Of a DNA stretch of 64,000 nucleotides, positions 63,109 through 64,000 are shown in pieces (position 1 is the stretch's first letter; each line of letters begins with the position of its first letter). The notes under the pieces are model-generated. The model saw only the letters and a list, made by a program, of their open reading frames with translations. It did not search any database and was not told where the DNA came from. Source of the stretch: Acidimicrobiia bacterium (GTDB lineage Bacteria > Actinomycetota > Acidimicrobiia > Spongiisociales > ZC4RG35); contig JACCTH010000017.1 in the NCBI GenBank assembly GCA_013812505.1, forward strand, positions 19,400 through 83,399, written 5' to 3'. Both the position numbers and the translations under genes were made by a program.

Positions 63109-64000
63109 GTGGTCCTGATCGCGCCGCCGGTTCGGAAGCCGCTATCGACGCGGCCGGCGACGCGCGCCGGCAAGCACTACCTCATCCGAACTTTCGGGTG
63201 TCAGATGAACGAGCACGACAGCCAGCGGATCGCCGGTCTGTTCGCTCTCGATGGCATGACCGCGACCTCCGAGCTCAACTCGGCCGATGTGCTGTTCATC
63301 AACACCTGCACGATCCGTGAGGCAGCCGACAATCGGCTCTACGGGAACCTTGGGCAACTGAAGGAGTGGAAGGATCAGCGCCCCGAATCCCTGCTGGTCG
63401 TCGGCGGATGTGCCGCCCAGAAGGACCGCGACCTGGTGCGGGAGAAGGCGCCCTGGGTGGACGTGGTCATGGGAACGAACAACCTCGACCGGGTGCTTGA
63501 CCTTATCGATTACGCCGAGGCTTGGGGCGGCATCACCGAGGTCGTCGAATCGCTCGAGGCGATGCCGTCGTCTTTGCCCGTCGAGCGCGAGTTGGCCCAC
63601 TCGGCGTGGATCTCGATTCAGGTCGGCTGCAACAACTCCTGCACCTTTTGTATCGTTCCTGCCGTGCGCGGCCCGGAGGTGAGCCGCCGGCCGGGTGACA
63701 TCCTCGCCGAGGTTCGCTCCCTCGCCGCCCAAGGGGTTGTGGAGGTGACGTTGCTCGGCCAAAACGTCGATACCTACGGACGGGACCTCGCCCTGGACGG
63801 GCGACGCCGTCCGCTCTTCGCTGATCTCCTGCGCCAGGTTGGCGCGGTAGAAGGGATCTCGCGCGTCCGCTTCACGAGTCCGCACCCGGCCGACTTTCGG
63901 CGGGATGTGGTCGAAGCCATGGCCGAAACTCCCGCAGTCTGCGAACAGCTTCACCTTCCTCTGCAATCGGGCTCTGATCGAATCCTGGCGGCGATGCATC
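63109..64000 (+). CDS. miaB: tRNA-i6A37 methylthiotransferase MiaB (3' end outside window)
   Basis: Not in the ORF track because there is no stop in the window. The frame from GTG 63109 reads ..KHYLIRTFGCQMNEHDSQRIAGLF.., radical-SAM VGCNNSCTFCIVP, ..HLPLQSGSDRIL. The long minus-strand ORF listed here is antisense noise. Confidence 0.88.
   Translation, partial: MVLIAPPVRKPLSTRPATRAGKHYLIRTFGCQMNEHDSQRIAGLFALDGMTATSELNSADVLFINTCTIREAADNRLYGNLGQLKEWKDQRPESLLVVGGCAAQKDRDLVREKAPWVDVVMGTNNLDRVLDLIDYAEAWGGITEVVESLEAMPSSLPVERELAHSAWISIQVGCNNSCTFCIVPAVRGPEVSRRPGDILAEVRSLAAQGVVEVTLLGQNVDTYGRDLALDGRRRPLFADLLRQVGAVEGISRVRFTSPHPADFRRDVVEAMAETPAVCEQLHLPLQSGSDRILAAMH

Noticed and set aside
63142-63999. 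285-aa minus-strand ORF at the window end
   Set aside because: The plus strand here encodes an unmistakable MiaB N-terminus (FGCQMNEHDS, CNNSCTFC). The minus ORF is its shadow.

Overview
High-G+C, very gene-dense chromosomal segment with about 55 protein genes. Many adjacent genes overlap by 4 bp at start/stop, and two convergent pairs share a CTAG stop. The gene repertoire looks actinobacterial: split F420 FO-synthase cofG/cofH, dodecin, a DinB/mycothiol-type TIGR03084-like enzyme, a RamB/PrpR-type regulator, Lhr helicase, DnaE2 and a DUF4032-type kinase-like protein. I recognised no rRNA, tRNA, CRISPR array, transposase or integrase. Housekeeping blocks are: two ABC exporter systems, dnaE2, an aroQ fusion, SDR-cofG-cofH, HD-GYP-lhr, M16 peptidase-dapB, dapA-rnj-ftsK, 2-oxoacid dehydrogenase E1a/E1b/E2, a ramB-like regulator with aceB-aceA (glyoxylate shunt), flavin reductase-rimO-cinA-thpR, and recA-rny-miaB. 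Notable observations: (1) recA is interrupted by a 362-codon LAGLIDADG-type intein. (2) Nearly identical LexA boxes sit at dnaE2 (straddling its start codon) and upstream of recA, and the recA box is followed by a RecA-NDp-like damage promoter. (3) Two tandem membrane-anchored HSR1/dynamin-like GTPases lie convergent with a vWA+HExxH protein and a CobS-like AAA+ ATPase that has deviant Walker residues. This block is my best candidate for an uncharacterised NTPase system. (4) There are two families of structured intergenic repeats. One is a 51-bp element present three times, with two copies bracketing a frameshifted AbiEi/DUF559-type pseudogene. The other is a set of AATTYG-rich long imperfect palindromes at two loci. 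(5) A second pseudogene, a flavin monooxygenase-like gene, is flanked by copies of a palindromic element. (6) Two unusual architectures occur: an AroQ-alpha/beta-hydrolase fusion, and CofH with a ~250-aa N-terminal extension. (7) An archaeal-type (class II) GAPDH-like gene lies directly behind the glyoxylate-shunt genes. All functional calls come from motif recognition by eye and no database search was run.
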